Shown piece after piece: positions 1 through 7,701 of a stretch of DNA of 34,574 nucleotides. Position numbers and translations under genes: made by a program. Every line of letters starts with the position of its first letter. The first letter of the stretch is position 1. The stretch covers positions 1-34,574 of the forward strand of contig CAIVQM010000017.1 in the NCBI GenBank assembly GCA_903908025.1, read 5' to 3'. The notes under the pieces were generated by a model. The model ran no database searches and was not told where the DNA came from. It saw nothing but the letters and a program-made list of their open reading frames with translations. This DNA is from an uncultured bacterium (GTDB lineage Bacteria > Actinomycetota > Actinomycetes > S36-B12).

Positions 1-147
1 CACCTGCTCAGCCAGGTTCCCTACGCGCCGCTCCCGCCTCAGGACACGAAGATGCCCCGGCCGCCGACTCCGCGTGGATACGTGGAGCCGGACGTGCCCG
101 TGCGTCGCGTTCCCACCCCGTTCTAGGCACGAAGAGGAAGAGGACTG

Positions 148-2838
148 GTGATGACCGAGAAGTGGTACGCGCTCTCGCCCGAGGATGTCGCCGAGACGCT
201 GGCCGTGGACCCTGCGAACGGGCTGTCGGCGGCGAAGGCTGCCGAACTGCTGAAGGCCAACGGGCCCAACGCTCTCCCGGCGGAGAAGTCCCCGCCGGCA
301 TGGCATCAGTTCCTCGCTCAGTACAAGTCCTACATGCAGATCATCCTCGTCGCTGCGGCGATCGCATCGATTCTCATCGGCCAGATCACGACCGGCGTGG
401 CGGTCCTGGTGATCACGGCGCTGAACGCGCTGGGTGGAATGCGGCAGCAGGGCAAGGCGGAGAGCGCCATGAACGCGCTGCAGTCGATGCTCAAGACCAC
501 GGCACGGGTACGTCGCGACGGCACCGAGGTGCAGGTCGATGCCGACCAGGTGGTCATCGGTGACGTCGTGCTGCTGGCGGCCGGTGATGACGTGTGCGCT
601 GACGGACGCATCATCCAGGCATCGTCCTTGCAGATCGACGAGTCGGCGCTGACGGGCGAGAGCGTTCCCGCCTCGAAGAGCGCCGACGTCATCACTGATG
701 CGAACCCGGTCCTGGGAGACCAGGTGAACATGGCGTTCATGAACACGCCGGTCACGCACGGAAACGGCATCATGATCATCACCGGGACCGGCGCGGACAC
801 CGCCGTCGGCAACATCTCGGGGATGCTGAAGTCGGCCCCGGCGCTGAAGACCCCGATGACCAAGCAACTGGACACGCTCACGCTGTGGATCGCCGCTGCA
901 GCCGGCCTGACCATCGCGATCATGTTCGCCCTGGGGATCTCTCGCGGAGAGTCCACCCAGGTCATCTTCACCACCGCCATCGCGCTGGCGCTGGCCGCCG
1001 TCCCGATGGCCATGCCGACCGTCCTGCAGGTGATCCTGTCCGGCGGGTCCCGGGATCTGGCCGCGCACGGCGCCGTCGTGAAGAGCCTCGACGCGGTGGA
1101 GACCCTCGGCTCCACATCCGCCATCAACTCGGACAAGACCGGGACGCTGACGATGAACCAGGTCACCGTCGTCGAGGTCATCGACCCCACGGATCATTTC
1201 ACGGTCAGCGGGATGGGCTACGGCCTCGAGGGGGAGGTCCATCACTCCGCCGGCAACACCAACACCATCGAGGCGGCGATCCTGCCGTTCCTGATCACCA
1301 ACGACGCCAAGCTCGTCGATGGGAAGGTCGTCGGCGACCCCACCGAGGGCGCGCTCCTGGTCCTGGGCCACAAGGCGAAGCTCGACATCGAGGGCACCCA
1401 GGCGGCCTATCCGCGGCTTGCCACCCTGCCGTTCGATCCCACCTACAAGCTCATGGCCGCCTTCTGCGACGCCACGGACGAGCAGGGCAACGCTGTCGTC
1501 CGCATCTTCGTCAAGGGTGCCGCCCCGGCAGTGATCGGCCGGGCCACGTCCGCCCTGGCGAAGGGCAAGAGCGTCCCGTGGACTGCCGACGCCGGTACCC
1601 GCACCGATGGCGAGATGGCGCGCCTCGGCGGCAAGGGACTGCGGATCATGGCCGCGGCCATGAAGGACATGGACCCCAAGGACTTCACCCCCGACGGCGA
1701 CCTGCTGTCGATGGTCCAGGGCCTGCAGATGACTGCCATCGTCGGGATGATGGATCCGCCACGGGCGGAGTCCCTTGACGCGGTCCGTGCAGCGCAGGAT
1801 GCGAACATCCGCGTCCGGATGGTCACCGGAGACGATGTGGTCACCGGAGCGGCGATTGCAAAGCAGCTAGGCATCCCCGGTGAGGCGATCCTGGGAACGG
1901 AGCTCGCGGCGATGTCCGACGAGGAGCGCCGGGACCGGATCGACAGCATTGGCGTTGTTGGCCGCGTGGCACCCGAGCACAAGGTACTGATGGTCGAGAC
2001 GCTGCGCGCGGAGGGAGACGTCGTGGCCATGACCGGCGACGGCGTCAATGATGCGCCGGCCATCAAGGCCGCTGATATCGGCATCGCGATGGGCACGGGC
2101 ACCCAGGTCGCCAAGAACGCCGGCAAGATGATCCTCACCGACGATAACTTCGCCACCATCGTGCGCGCGGTGTCGGTGGGCCGCAAGGTCTACGACAACA
2201 TGCTGAAGTACATCCGCTTCATGCTCGTCGCGCTTGTCACCTACGTCGTGACGTTCCTGATGGCGAGCCTGCTAAACATCGCCGGGGGCCAGCCGTTCAC
2301 GGCAGTGCAGATCCTGTGGATCAACTTCATCATCACCGCACCGGTCGGCATCGCCTTGGGCTTGGATCAGGCGACGCCCGGACTCATGAAGCGCAAGCCC
2401 CGACCCCGGTCCTCGAAGATCATGTCCCCGGCGGTCATGGTCACGGTGGGCCTTGCCGGAGTGTTCATGTCGGTGGCCATCAACCTGCTGATCATCCTCG
2501 GCGAGAATCATTACGACAGCGGCGTGATCGGCAGCACTATGGGCCTCGTGGCGTTCTCGCTCATGCTGGTGATCGCCGCGTTCGAGTCACGCGACGAGAA
2601 GGCGTCCGTCCTCACCTCGAAGACATTCGACAACAGGACCGTCAACCTCACCGCGATCGCCGAGGTCGTGCTGGCCATCCTGATCGCCGAGGGCGCGTTC
2701 CTTCCCCCGCTGCTCGGAACGACCCAGCTGACGGGCAACCAATGGCTGATCGGCGCCATGCCGGCCGTGGTCCTGCTCATCGGTTGGGAGTTCGGCAAGC
2801 TCATTGCCCGCCGTCGGGCGGCTTCGCCGCCCTCCTAG
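148..2838 (+). CDS. Cation-transporting P-type ATPase (P2-type, Ca2+/Mg2+-like)
   Basis: 896-aa ORF with an N-terminal cation-ATPase-N-like region. Carries the actuator motif LTGESVP, phosphorylation motif DKTGTLT, MVTGD, and hinge motif TGDGVNDAPAIKAADIGIAMG, plus multiple hydrophobic TM segments at both ends. Start is GTG 148 or ATG 151, preceded by purine-rich gaagaggaagagga. Stop is TAG 2836-2838. Confidence 0.9.
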   Translation: MMTEKWYALSPEDVAETLAVDPANGLSAAKAAELLKANGPNALPAEKSPPAWHQFLAQYKSYMQIILVAAAIASILIGQITTGVAVLVITALNALGGMRQQGKAESAMNALQSMLKTTARVRRDGTEVQVDADQVVIGDVVLLAAGDDVCADGRIIQASSLQIDESALTGESVPASKSADVITDANPVLGDQVNMAFMNTPVTHGNGIMIITGTGADTAVGNISGMLKSAPALKTPMTKQLDTLTLWIAAAAGLTIAIMFALGISRGESTQVIFTTAIALALAAVPMAMPTVLQVILSGGSRDLAAHGAVVKSLDAVETLGSTSAINSDKTGTLTMNQVTVVEVIDPTDHFTVSGMGYGLEGEVHHSAGNTNTIEAAILPFLITNDAKLVDGKVVGDPTEGALLVLGHKAKLDIEGTQAAYPRLATLPFDPTYKLMAAFCDATDEQGNAVVRIFVKGAAPAVIGRATSALAKGKSVPWTADAGTRTDGEMARLGGKGLRIMAAAMKDMDPKDFTPDGDLLSMVQGLQMTAIVGMMDPPRAESLDAVRAAQDANIRVRMVTGDDVVTGAAIAKQLGIPGEAILGTELAAMSDEERRDRIDSIGVVGRVAPEHKVLMVETLRAEGDVVAMTGDGVNDAPAIKAADIGIAMGTGTQVAKNAGKMILTDDNFATIVRAVSVGRKVYDNMLKYIRFMLVALVTYVVTFLMASLLNIAGGQPFTAVQILWINFIITAPVGIALGLDQATPGLMKRKPRPRSSKIMSPAVMVTVGLAGVFMSVAINLLIILGENHYDSGVIGSTMGLVAFSLMLVIAAFESRDEKASVLTSKTFDNRTVNLTAIAEVVLAILIAEGAFLPPLLGTTQLTGNQWLIGAMPAVVLLIGWEFGKLIARRRAASPPS

Positions 2839-2865
2839 GGCGGGTGACGAGATCCGTCGGGCGGC
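2812..2865. repeat. Left copy of a ~54-nt direct repeat (att-like), overlapping the last 9 codons of the ATPase
   Basis: cgtcgggcggcttcgccgccctcctagggcgggtgacgagatccgtcgggcggc matches 5775-5827 at roughly 48 of 54 positions (5 substitutions and a 1-nt indel, counted by eye). The core gggcgggtgacgagatccgtcg is identical in all copies. Confidence 0.8.
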
Positions 2866-2944
2866 AACATCTGCACGACCTCTGTCCCACGGGGATGACC
2901 CTGGCCGCGGAGATCTACCTGCGCGCGGTCAGCAGCAATGTTCG

Positions 2945-4144
2945 CTAGTCCAGTTGCCCCGCACGTTCGCGTTCGTAGAGCGGCGCGGATTCGATGATTC
3001 CGAATATCTCGTCGGCCAGCCAATATCGACGACGTCCGTGCCCACCGCGGACCTCCAGTGCGCGGATCCAGTCCCGCTCCTCCGCATCTCGGATGAGGTT
3101 TCGGGCTCCCTGGTTCGTCACCCCGAGGGCTCGCTCGACACGTCGCACCGTCAGGAACGGGTTGGCGAACATGAGAGGGATCAGTTCGCCGACTCGTGAT
3201 CGTGATCCGGTCGCGGAGGCGAAGTAGACCTCGCGCACCTTCACTAGTCGGGCCGCACGGTCGATACCGTCGAGCGCCTGCCGATGCACGGCGGTCAGGA
3301 AGAACTGAAGCCACTCCTGGATCTCGCCGCGCTCCCTCACGGCCTGGAGCCTCTCGTAGTACTCGCGGCGGTGGCTCTCCAAATAGCCCGATAGATAGAG
3401 GAGCGGCGTAGTCAGTCTGCCCGTCTGCTGGAGGTGGAGCCCGATGATGAGTCGACCGAGGCGCCCATTGCCGTCTAGGAATGGGTGGATGGTTTCGAAC
3501 TGGTAGTGCATGAGCGCGCAGTTCACCAGCGTCGGAAGCGTTGCTGGTTCGTTCACGAAGCGCTCCCAGTCGGCAAGCAGGTCACCGAGATGCTCGGGCA
3601 GCGGAGGAACGAAGAGCGCGGTTTCGGGGCTGTCGGTGGGTGAGCCGATCCAGACGGGGCTGCGTCTCAACTCCCCGGGCTGACGCTCCTCGCCCCGAAC
3701 ACCAGTCAGGAGCTCCTTGTGCACTTCAACGACGAGTCGTTGCGTGAGTGGCATGGACTTGATCCGCTCAAGGCCGACGTGCGTGGCCGTCACGTACGCC
3801 TCGACCTCGGCGATGTCGTCGTTCTGGACGGCTGGGTCGTCGCCCTCGGCACCGGCCTGGAGTACCTGAGCGAGCGAGGCCTGGGTTCCCTCAATCCGTG
3901 TACTCGCGAGAGCCTCACGGGTGATGTAGGGGCCGATCAGCAGCTGAGGATCCGGGATCAGGTGGCCAAGTCCCTGAAGCTGGCCGAGTGCAAGGTCGGC
4001 CTCAGAGAGGACGAGGACGGTCGCTGGATCCAAGTCCAGCTGCCTCGGGATCGGGGCCGGCTCGAAGTACCAGAAGGCCCACTTGTCACCCGGCCGCCGG
4101 GTGGGCTTTCCGAACGCATCGTTCGTGAACTTGCTTGGATCCAT
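2945..4144 (-). CDS. Fic family protein (class II, N-terminal autoinhibitory helix, C-terminal winged-HTH-like tail); putative AMPylase
   Basis: 399-aa ORF. The canonical Fic motif HPFLDGNGRLGR is encoded at 3452-3487. The inhibitory-helix motif (S/T)xxxE(G/N) appears as STRIEG at 3887-3904. The C-terminal segment LTVRRVERALGVTNQGARNLIRDAEE looks like an HTH. Confidence 0.88.
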   Translation of the reverse strand: MDPSKFTNDAFGKPTRRPGDKWAFWYFEPAPIPRQLDLDPATVLVLSEADLALGQLQGLGHLIPDPQLLIGPYITREALASTRIEGTQASLAQVLQAGAEGDDPAVQNDDIAEVEAYVTATHVGLERIKSMPLTQRLVVEVHKELLTGVRGEERQPGELRRSPVWIGSPTDSPETALFVPPLPEHLGDLLADWERFVNEPATLPTLVNCALMHYQFETIHPFLDGNGRLGRLIIGLHLQQTGRLTTPLLYLSGYLESHRREYYERLQAVRERGEIQEWLQFFLTAVHRQALDGIDRAARLVKVREVYFASATGSRSRVGELIPLMFANPFLTVRRVERALGVTNQGARNLIRDAEERDWIRALEVRGGHGRRRYWLADEIFGIIESAPLYERERAGQLD

Positions 4145-4475
4145 GTGGAGATACTACAACGCAAAAGGGTGTCGTGTTGGAGTAGTGAGGCCTGAGACCA
4201 ACCTCAGTTTGAGTTGCGGGCCTCTCAAGCAACGGAAGCCGGTCCGATTTGGTGTGAGGGCCGGCGCATCGCCGAACGTATGGACGAGCTGGTGCAGGAC
4301 CCCGGCAGTGTCCGAGGGATGAAGAGCCGGTCCACTCGACGATGCTCCAAATGAGCCATGCTGTCGTCGTTGTGATCGATTGAGCGGTAAGCGTTCACAA
4401 CAACTTGCATATCCGGGCAGCATACAGTTGCATAGTCGGGTATTAGAAGGTTGCGGATTCGGGTACGATCAACTC

Positions 4476-5726
4476 ATGGAGTATCGCCCGCGGGTCGCAG
4501 ACGCAGCCATGACTGACCTGTTGGCGGCGTTGGGCGGGGTTCTCGTCGAGGGTCCTCGCGGATGCGGGAAGACCACCACGGCGCTGCAGCACGCGCGCAG
4601 CCACGTCCGCCTGGACTCCGGTCCAAACGTGCTCGAGTTGGCTTCCCTCGATCCGTTGGGGCTGCTTACCGGTGCAGCCCCCCGGCTGGTGGACGAGTGG
4701 CAACTGGCTCCGACGCTGTGGAACGTCGTACGGCATGAGATCGATGCCCGGAGGGAACCAGGGCAGTTCATCCTGTCGGGATCGTCCAGTCCCGCGAGAG
4801 ACCCGTCGCGTCACTCCGGGGCCGGTCGCATCGGCCGCCTACGCATGCGGACCATGACACTGGCGGAATCGGATCGGTCCTCGCAGGCGGTGTCACTTGC
4901 CGACCTGCAGTCCGGCGAACCGATCTCTGGCAGGAGTCAGCTGACCTACCGCGATCTGGCCGAGGCGGCGATCGTCGGAGGCTGGCCCGCACTGCTGCGA
5001 GCGAGTCACCGCCAGGCCGTCGCGTTCAACCGTTCCTACCTCGATGACCTGTGCACCAGCGCGATTCCGCTTGCAACCGGGGTCAGGCACGACCCGGTGC
5101 GCCTGCGTCGCCTGCTGGAATCGGTGGCCCGGAACATCGCGAGCGAAGCGACGCTGGAGAGCCTGGCCGCTGACGTCTCCGCGGACGGTGGCGCATTCGA
5201 CCCGAAGACGGCTCGCACGTACCTCGATGCGCTCACGACAGTGTTCGCCCTCGATGAGCTCCCTGCGTGGAGTGTGGCCCTGCGCTCGAGGTCGCGGCTT
5301 CGCACGAGCCCCAAGCTTCACCTGGCCGACCCAGCACTGGCGTGCGCGGCCCTGGGGGTGAATGCCGACAGGCTCGCGAAGGACCCGGCGTTCTTCGGGC
5401 AGGTCTTCGAGTCGCTCGTCACCCGTGACCTGCGCAGCATGGTCGAAGCACGATTCGGCCGGGCTTACCACTACCGCGACAACACCGGCCTGGAGGTCGA
5501 CCTCATCCTGGAGTTCGAGGACAGGACGTGGGCCGCCATCGAGGTCAAGCTCGGCGGCTCCCGCATCGCCGAGGCCGAGAAGAGCCTGCTCATGCTTCGC
5601 GATGCACGGGTGGACCTGGCTCGAGTCGGGCCTCCGGTGTTCCTCGCCGTGGTTACTGGAACCGAGTACGCCTACACGCTGCCGACTGGAGTCCACGTCG
5701 TGCCTCTCGCGGCACTCGCATCGTGA
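4476..5726 (+). CDS. AAA-family ATPase with C-terminal DUF4143-like (PD-(D/E)xK nuclease-fold) domain
   Basis: Walker A GPRGCGKTT (4551-4577) and Walker B-like RLVDEWQ. The C-terminal GLEVDLILEF..AAIEVKLG (5493-5549) fits a D..ExK restriction-endonuclease-like motif. The track ORF starts at TTG 4380; ATG 4476 (MEYRPRV...) is the more likely start. Confidence 0.8.
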   Translation: MEYRPRVADAAMTDLLAALGGVLVEGPRGCGKTTTALQHARSHVRLDSGPNVLELASLDPLGLLTGAAPRLVDEWQLAPTLWNVVRHEIDARREPGQFILSGSSSPARDPSRHSGAGRIGRLRMRTMTLAESDRSSQAVSLADLQSGEPISGRSQLTYRDLAEAAIVGGWPALLRASHRQAVAFNRSYLDDLCTSAIPLATGVRHDPVRLRRLLESVARNIASEATLESLAADVSADGGAFDPKTARTYLDALTTVFALDELPAWSVALRSRSRLRTSPKLHLADPALACAALGVNADRLAKDPAFFGQVFESLVTRDLRSMVEARFGRAYHYRDNTGLEVDLILEFEDRTWAAIEVKLGGSRIAEAEKSLLMLRDARVDLARVGPPVFLAVVTGTEYAYTLPTGVHVVPLAALAS

Positions 5727-5774
5727 CCTGAACGTGAGTCCGCCTGTACGCCAGCCACCGTTTGGCCAATGAAG

Positions 5775-5870
5775 CGTCGGGCGGCTGCGCGGCTCTCCTG
5801 GGCGGGTGACGAGATCCGTCGAGCCGCTGCGCGGCTCTCCTGGGCGGGTGACGAGATCCGTCGAGCCGCT
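5775..5870. repeat. Right copy of the ~54-nt direct repeat, extended into a perfect 42-bp tandem duplication (units 5784-5825 and 5826-5867)
   Basis: The unit gctgcgcggctctcctgggcgggtgacgagatccgtcgagcc occurs twice back to back with no mismatch. The first copy, with its 5' flank cgtcgggcg, aligns to 2812-2865. Confidence 0.9.
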
Positions 5871-5891
5871 GCCACTCCGCGACGGATCTCG
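5852..5891. repeat. Perfect 12-bp inverted repeat (stem-loop) formed between the last tandem unit and flanking DNA
   Basis: cgagatccgtcg (5852-5863) and cgacggatctcg (5880-5891) are exact reverse complements separated by a 16-nt loop. Confidence 0.75.
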
Positions 5892-5906
5892 GCGTGTTTC
5901 CCATAC

Positions 5907-5950
5907 CAATGAAGAGGACCCCCCGGAACTACGGGGGGTCCTCTTCATTG
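5907..5950. terminator. Strong GC-rich hairpin immediately 3' of tRNA-Gly (likely terminator, usable from both strands)
   Basis: caatgaagaggacccccc (5907-5924) pairs perfectly with ggggggtcctcttcattg (5933-5950): an 18-bp stem with an 8-nt loop. It abuts and overlaps the encoded CCA end of the tRNA. Confidence 0.7.
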
Positions 5951-6022
5951 GAGCGGGTGACGAGAATCGAACTCGCACTGTCAGCTTGGGAAGCTGATGT
6001 TCTACCATTGAACTACACCCGC
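5949..6022 (-). tRNA. tRNA-Gly (anticodon CCC), CCA encoded
   Basis: The reverse complement reads GCGGGTG-TA-GTTC-AATGGTA-GAAC-A-TCAGC-TTCCCAA-GCTGA-CAGT-GCGAG-TTCGATT-CTCGT-CACCCGC-T-CCA. This gives a full cloverleaf with 7-bp acceptor, 4-bp D, 5-bp anticodon and 5-bp T stems. The T-loop is TTCGATT and the discriminator is U73, as expected for bacterial tRNA-Gly. Confidence 0.95.
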
Positions 6023-6033
6023 GGAACGCCCCG

Positions 6034-6039
6034 ATTATG
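6034..6039 (-). promoter_or_regulatory. Possible -10 element (CATAAT) for the tRNA-Gly gene
   Basis: On the minus strand, CATAAT lies 11 nt upstream of the mature tRNA 5' end. No convincing -35 was found. Confidence 0.25.
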
Positions 6040-6139
6040 ACGCAAGGGGGGCTGAGCGTGGTACATCGGCCACCTTTTCTTGGGCGCCAGCGCTCTCCAC
6101 AGCAGGCGATGCATCGTGTCACGGGCGTAGCCTCCCGGC

Positions 6140-7060
6140 ATGAGGCGGTTGCGGCTCGCGGGTCTCGTGGCCCTTGTTGTGTGCCTGGGTGTTCTGGCTG
6201 TGCCTGCGCAGGCCGCCGGGGAAAAGTCGGGTGGCCCCTGCTCGATTGCCGGCAATCGCATCCGCACCCACGGTGTCGTTCTCGTCTGTGTCAAGAAGGG
6301 CGCCCGCAAGGTGTGGGTGGTGGATCAGGGCGGTTCGACGAGCCCGGGTACCGCAGGGCCGGGGGGCGGAAGCGAGTCGGTCTCGACTGCCGGCCTGCCG
6401 TCCATAACGTCGTTTCGAACGGCGGGATCGGATCGCCTTCCGGTGGATATGAGCACCACGGCGGGCACGGCACCCTTCTATGGAACGGACTCGGAGACGC
6501 CCCATCCAGGCGTGCACGTCCTGTGGAGCAACTTGACCGGACGTTGGACAGCGGCGGGCGGCTCACATGTCGTGACTGCCTATCCCGCCCTCTATGCCGT
6601 GGCGGATGGGGTGGTGGCTCGTATCGACCCGAGCAAGCAGGTCGGACCCAACCAGGCTTATGAAGTCGACTTGGCCATTGCCAAGGACTCCGCCGGTCGG
6701 GTGTTCATGGTCAGTTACGGCCTTGAGCCGTTCGCGCAGGAGCCGTCGCGGGGCTTCTATGAATCCTTCATCAAGGTCAAGGTCGGCCAGAAGGTCAAGA
6801 AGGGCGCCATCCTCGCCTACATGTACGTACCGCCGGACTCGACGGGCTCCACGCACATGCATCTGCACCTCCAGGTGATGTCCTCGAGTGGCGGGTTCCT
6901 CTCGCCATCGATCTTCGCCCCCCCGGCAGTGGCCCAATTTGCGGCCGGCTACGCCACGCGAGATGGCCAGGCGACCGGCGTGACCGTGCCCGCCTGCATC
7001 GGCTGGAAGGTCAGCGCGGCCGAGAACCCCTACGGGACCGGCGCGGCTACCTGCCTGTGA
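6140..7060 (+). CDS. Secreted protein with degenerate M23/LytM-like C-terminal domain
   Basis: Sec-type signal peptide MRRLRLAGLVALVVCLGVLAVPAQA. The M23-like layout is YAVADGVVARI ... VKVGQKVKKGAILAYM ... GSTHMHLHLQV (HxH motif). No clear upstream HxxxD motif was seen. Confidence 0.5.
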   Translation: MRRLRLAGLVALVVCLGVLAVPAQAAGEKSGGPCSIAGNRIRTHGVVLVCVKKGARKVWVVDQGGSTSPGTAGPGGGSESVSTAGLPSITSFRTAGSDRLPVDMSTTAGTAPFYGTDSETPHPGVHVLWSNLTGRWTAAGGSHVVTAYPALYAVADGVVARIDPSKQVGPNQAYEVDLAIAKDSAGRVFMVSYGLEPFAQEPSRGFYESFIKVKVGQKVKKGAILAYMYVPPDSTGSTHMHLHLQVMSSSGGFLSPSIFAPPAVAQFAAGYATRDGQATGVTVPACIGWKVSAAENPYGTGAATCL

Positions 7061-7119
7061 GGTGAGCCGGGTCGTGGATCGCCACGTGCTCGAGGCGTGG
7101 GTTCCGATAGCCTGCGGCC

Positions 7120-7695
7120 GTGCTGCTCTCAGACCGCGACATCAAGGCGGAGATCGCTTCCGGACGAGTGGGCCTTGAGCCCTATGCCGAGGCGATGATC
7201 CAGCCCTCAAGCATGGACGTTCGCCTGGACCGCTGGTTCCGGGTCTTCGAGAACCACCGTTACCCGCACATTGACCCGAGCATCGAGCAGCCCGACCTGA
7301 CCCGGCTGATCGAGCCGGAGGCCGACGAGCCGTTCATCCTGCATCCGGGGGAGTTCGTGCTCGGCTCCACCTTTGAGGTCGTAACGCTGCCCGACGACAT
7401 CGCGGGCCGGCTTGAGGGCAAGTCATCTCTGGGCCGTCTCGGCTTGCTGACCCACTCCACGGCCGGCTTCATCGACCCGGGCTTCTCCGGCCACGTCACG
7501 CTCGAACTTTCCAACGTTGCGAACCTGCCGATCATGCTTTACCCCGGGATGAAGATCGGGCAGCTGTGCCTGTTCCGACTCTCCAGCCCGGCTGAGCATC
7601 CGTACGGCTCCGAGAAGTACGGCTCGCGCTACCAGGGCCAGCGCGGACCCACGCCGAGCCGCTCGTTTGCGAACTTCCACCGAACCGAGATCTGA
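7120..7695 (+). CDS. dcd: dCTP deaminase
   Basis: 191 aa. The N-terminus MLLSDRDIK, length and [10 protein letters not shown] / FIDPGF segments are typical of Dcd. GTG start. Confidence 0.88.
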   Translation: MLLSDRDIKAEIASGRVGLEPYAEAMIQPSSMDVRLDRWFRVFENHRYPHIDPSIEQPDLTRLIEPEADEPFILHPGEFVLGSTFEVVTLPDDIAGRLEGKSSLGRLGLLTHSTAGFIDPGFSGHVTLELSNVANLPIMLYPGMKIGQLCLFRLSSPAEHPYGSEKYGSRYQGQRGPTPSRSFANFHRTEI

Positions 7696-7701
7696 TCCCG
7701 C

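Larger units (their letters stand above)
2866..5774. mobile_element. Putative integrated islet or remnant (Fic + AAA/DUF4143 cargo) between the direct repeats; no recombinase present
   Basis: Bounded by the 2812-2865 and 5775-5827 direct repeats and lies immediately beside a tRNA gene. Contains only two accessory-type genes and a lower-GC (~52% in a 60-nt sample) central intergenic region. No integrase or transposase ORF was seen, so mobility is inferred only. Confidence 0.35.

Noticed and set aside
2945-5726. Claiming foreign origin of the islet from GC content of the two coding regions
   Set aside because: Hand counts of 60-nt samples gave 63% for Fic against 57% for one sampled coxL stretch, within local scatter. 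Only the intergenic spacer is clearly lower. A proper windowed GC and codon-usage calculation is required.
5775-5870. Possible CRISPR array
   Set aside because: There are only two directly abutting 42-bp units with no spacers, and no cas genes in the window. I treat it as a tandem duplication of an att-like site.
5769-5912. 47-codon ORF (MKRRAAARLSWAGDEIRR...) reading through the tandem repeat
   Set aside because: There is no convincing RBS, and the sequence is explained by the repeat and the displaced ATPase 3' end. It is kept only as evidence for the origin of the repeat, not called as a gene.
4893-6122. 409-aa minus-strand ORF spanning the AAA ATPase, the repeats and the tRNA
   Set aside because: It runs antisense through a motif-bearing CDS and straight across a tRNA gene and two hairpins. 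The composition is Arg/Gly/Pro-rich noise.
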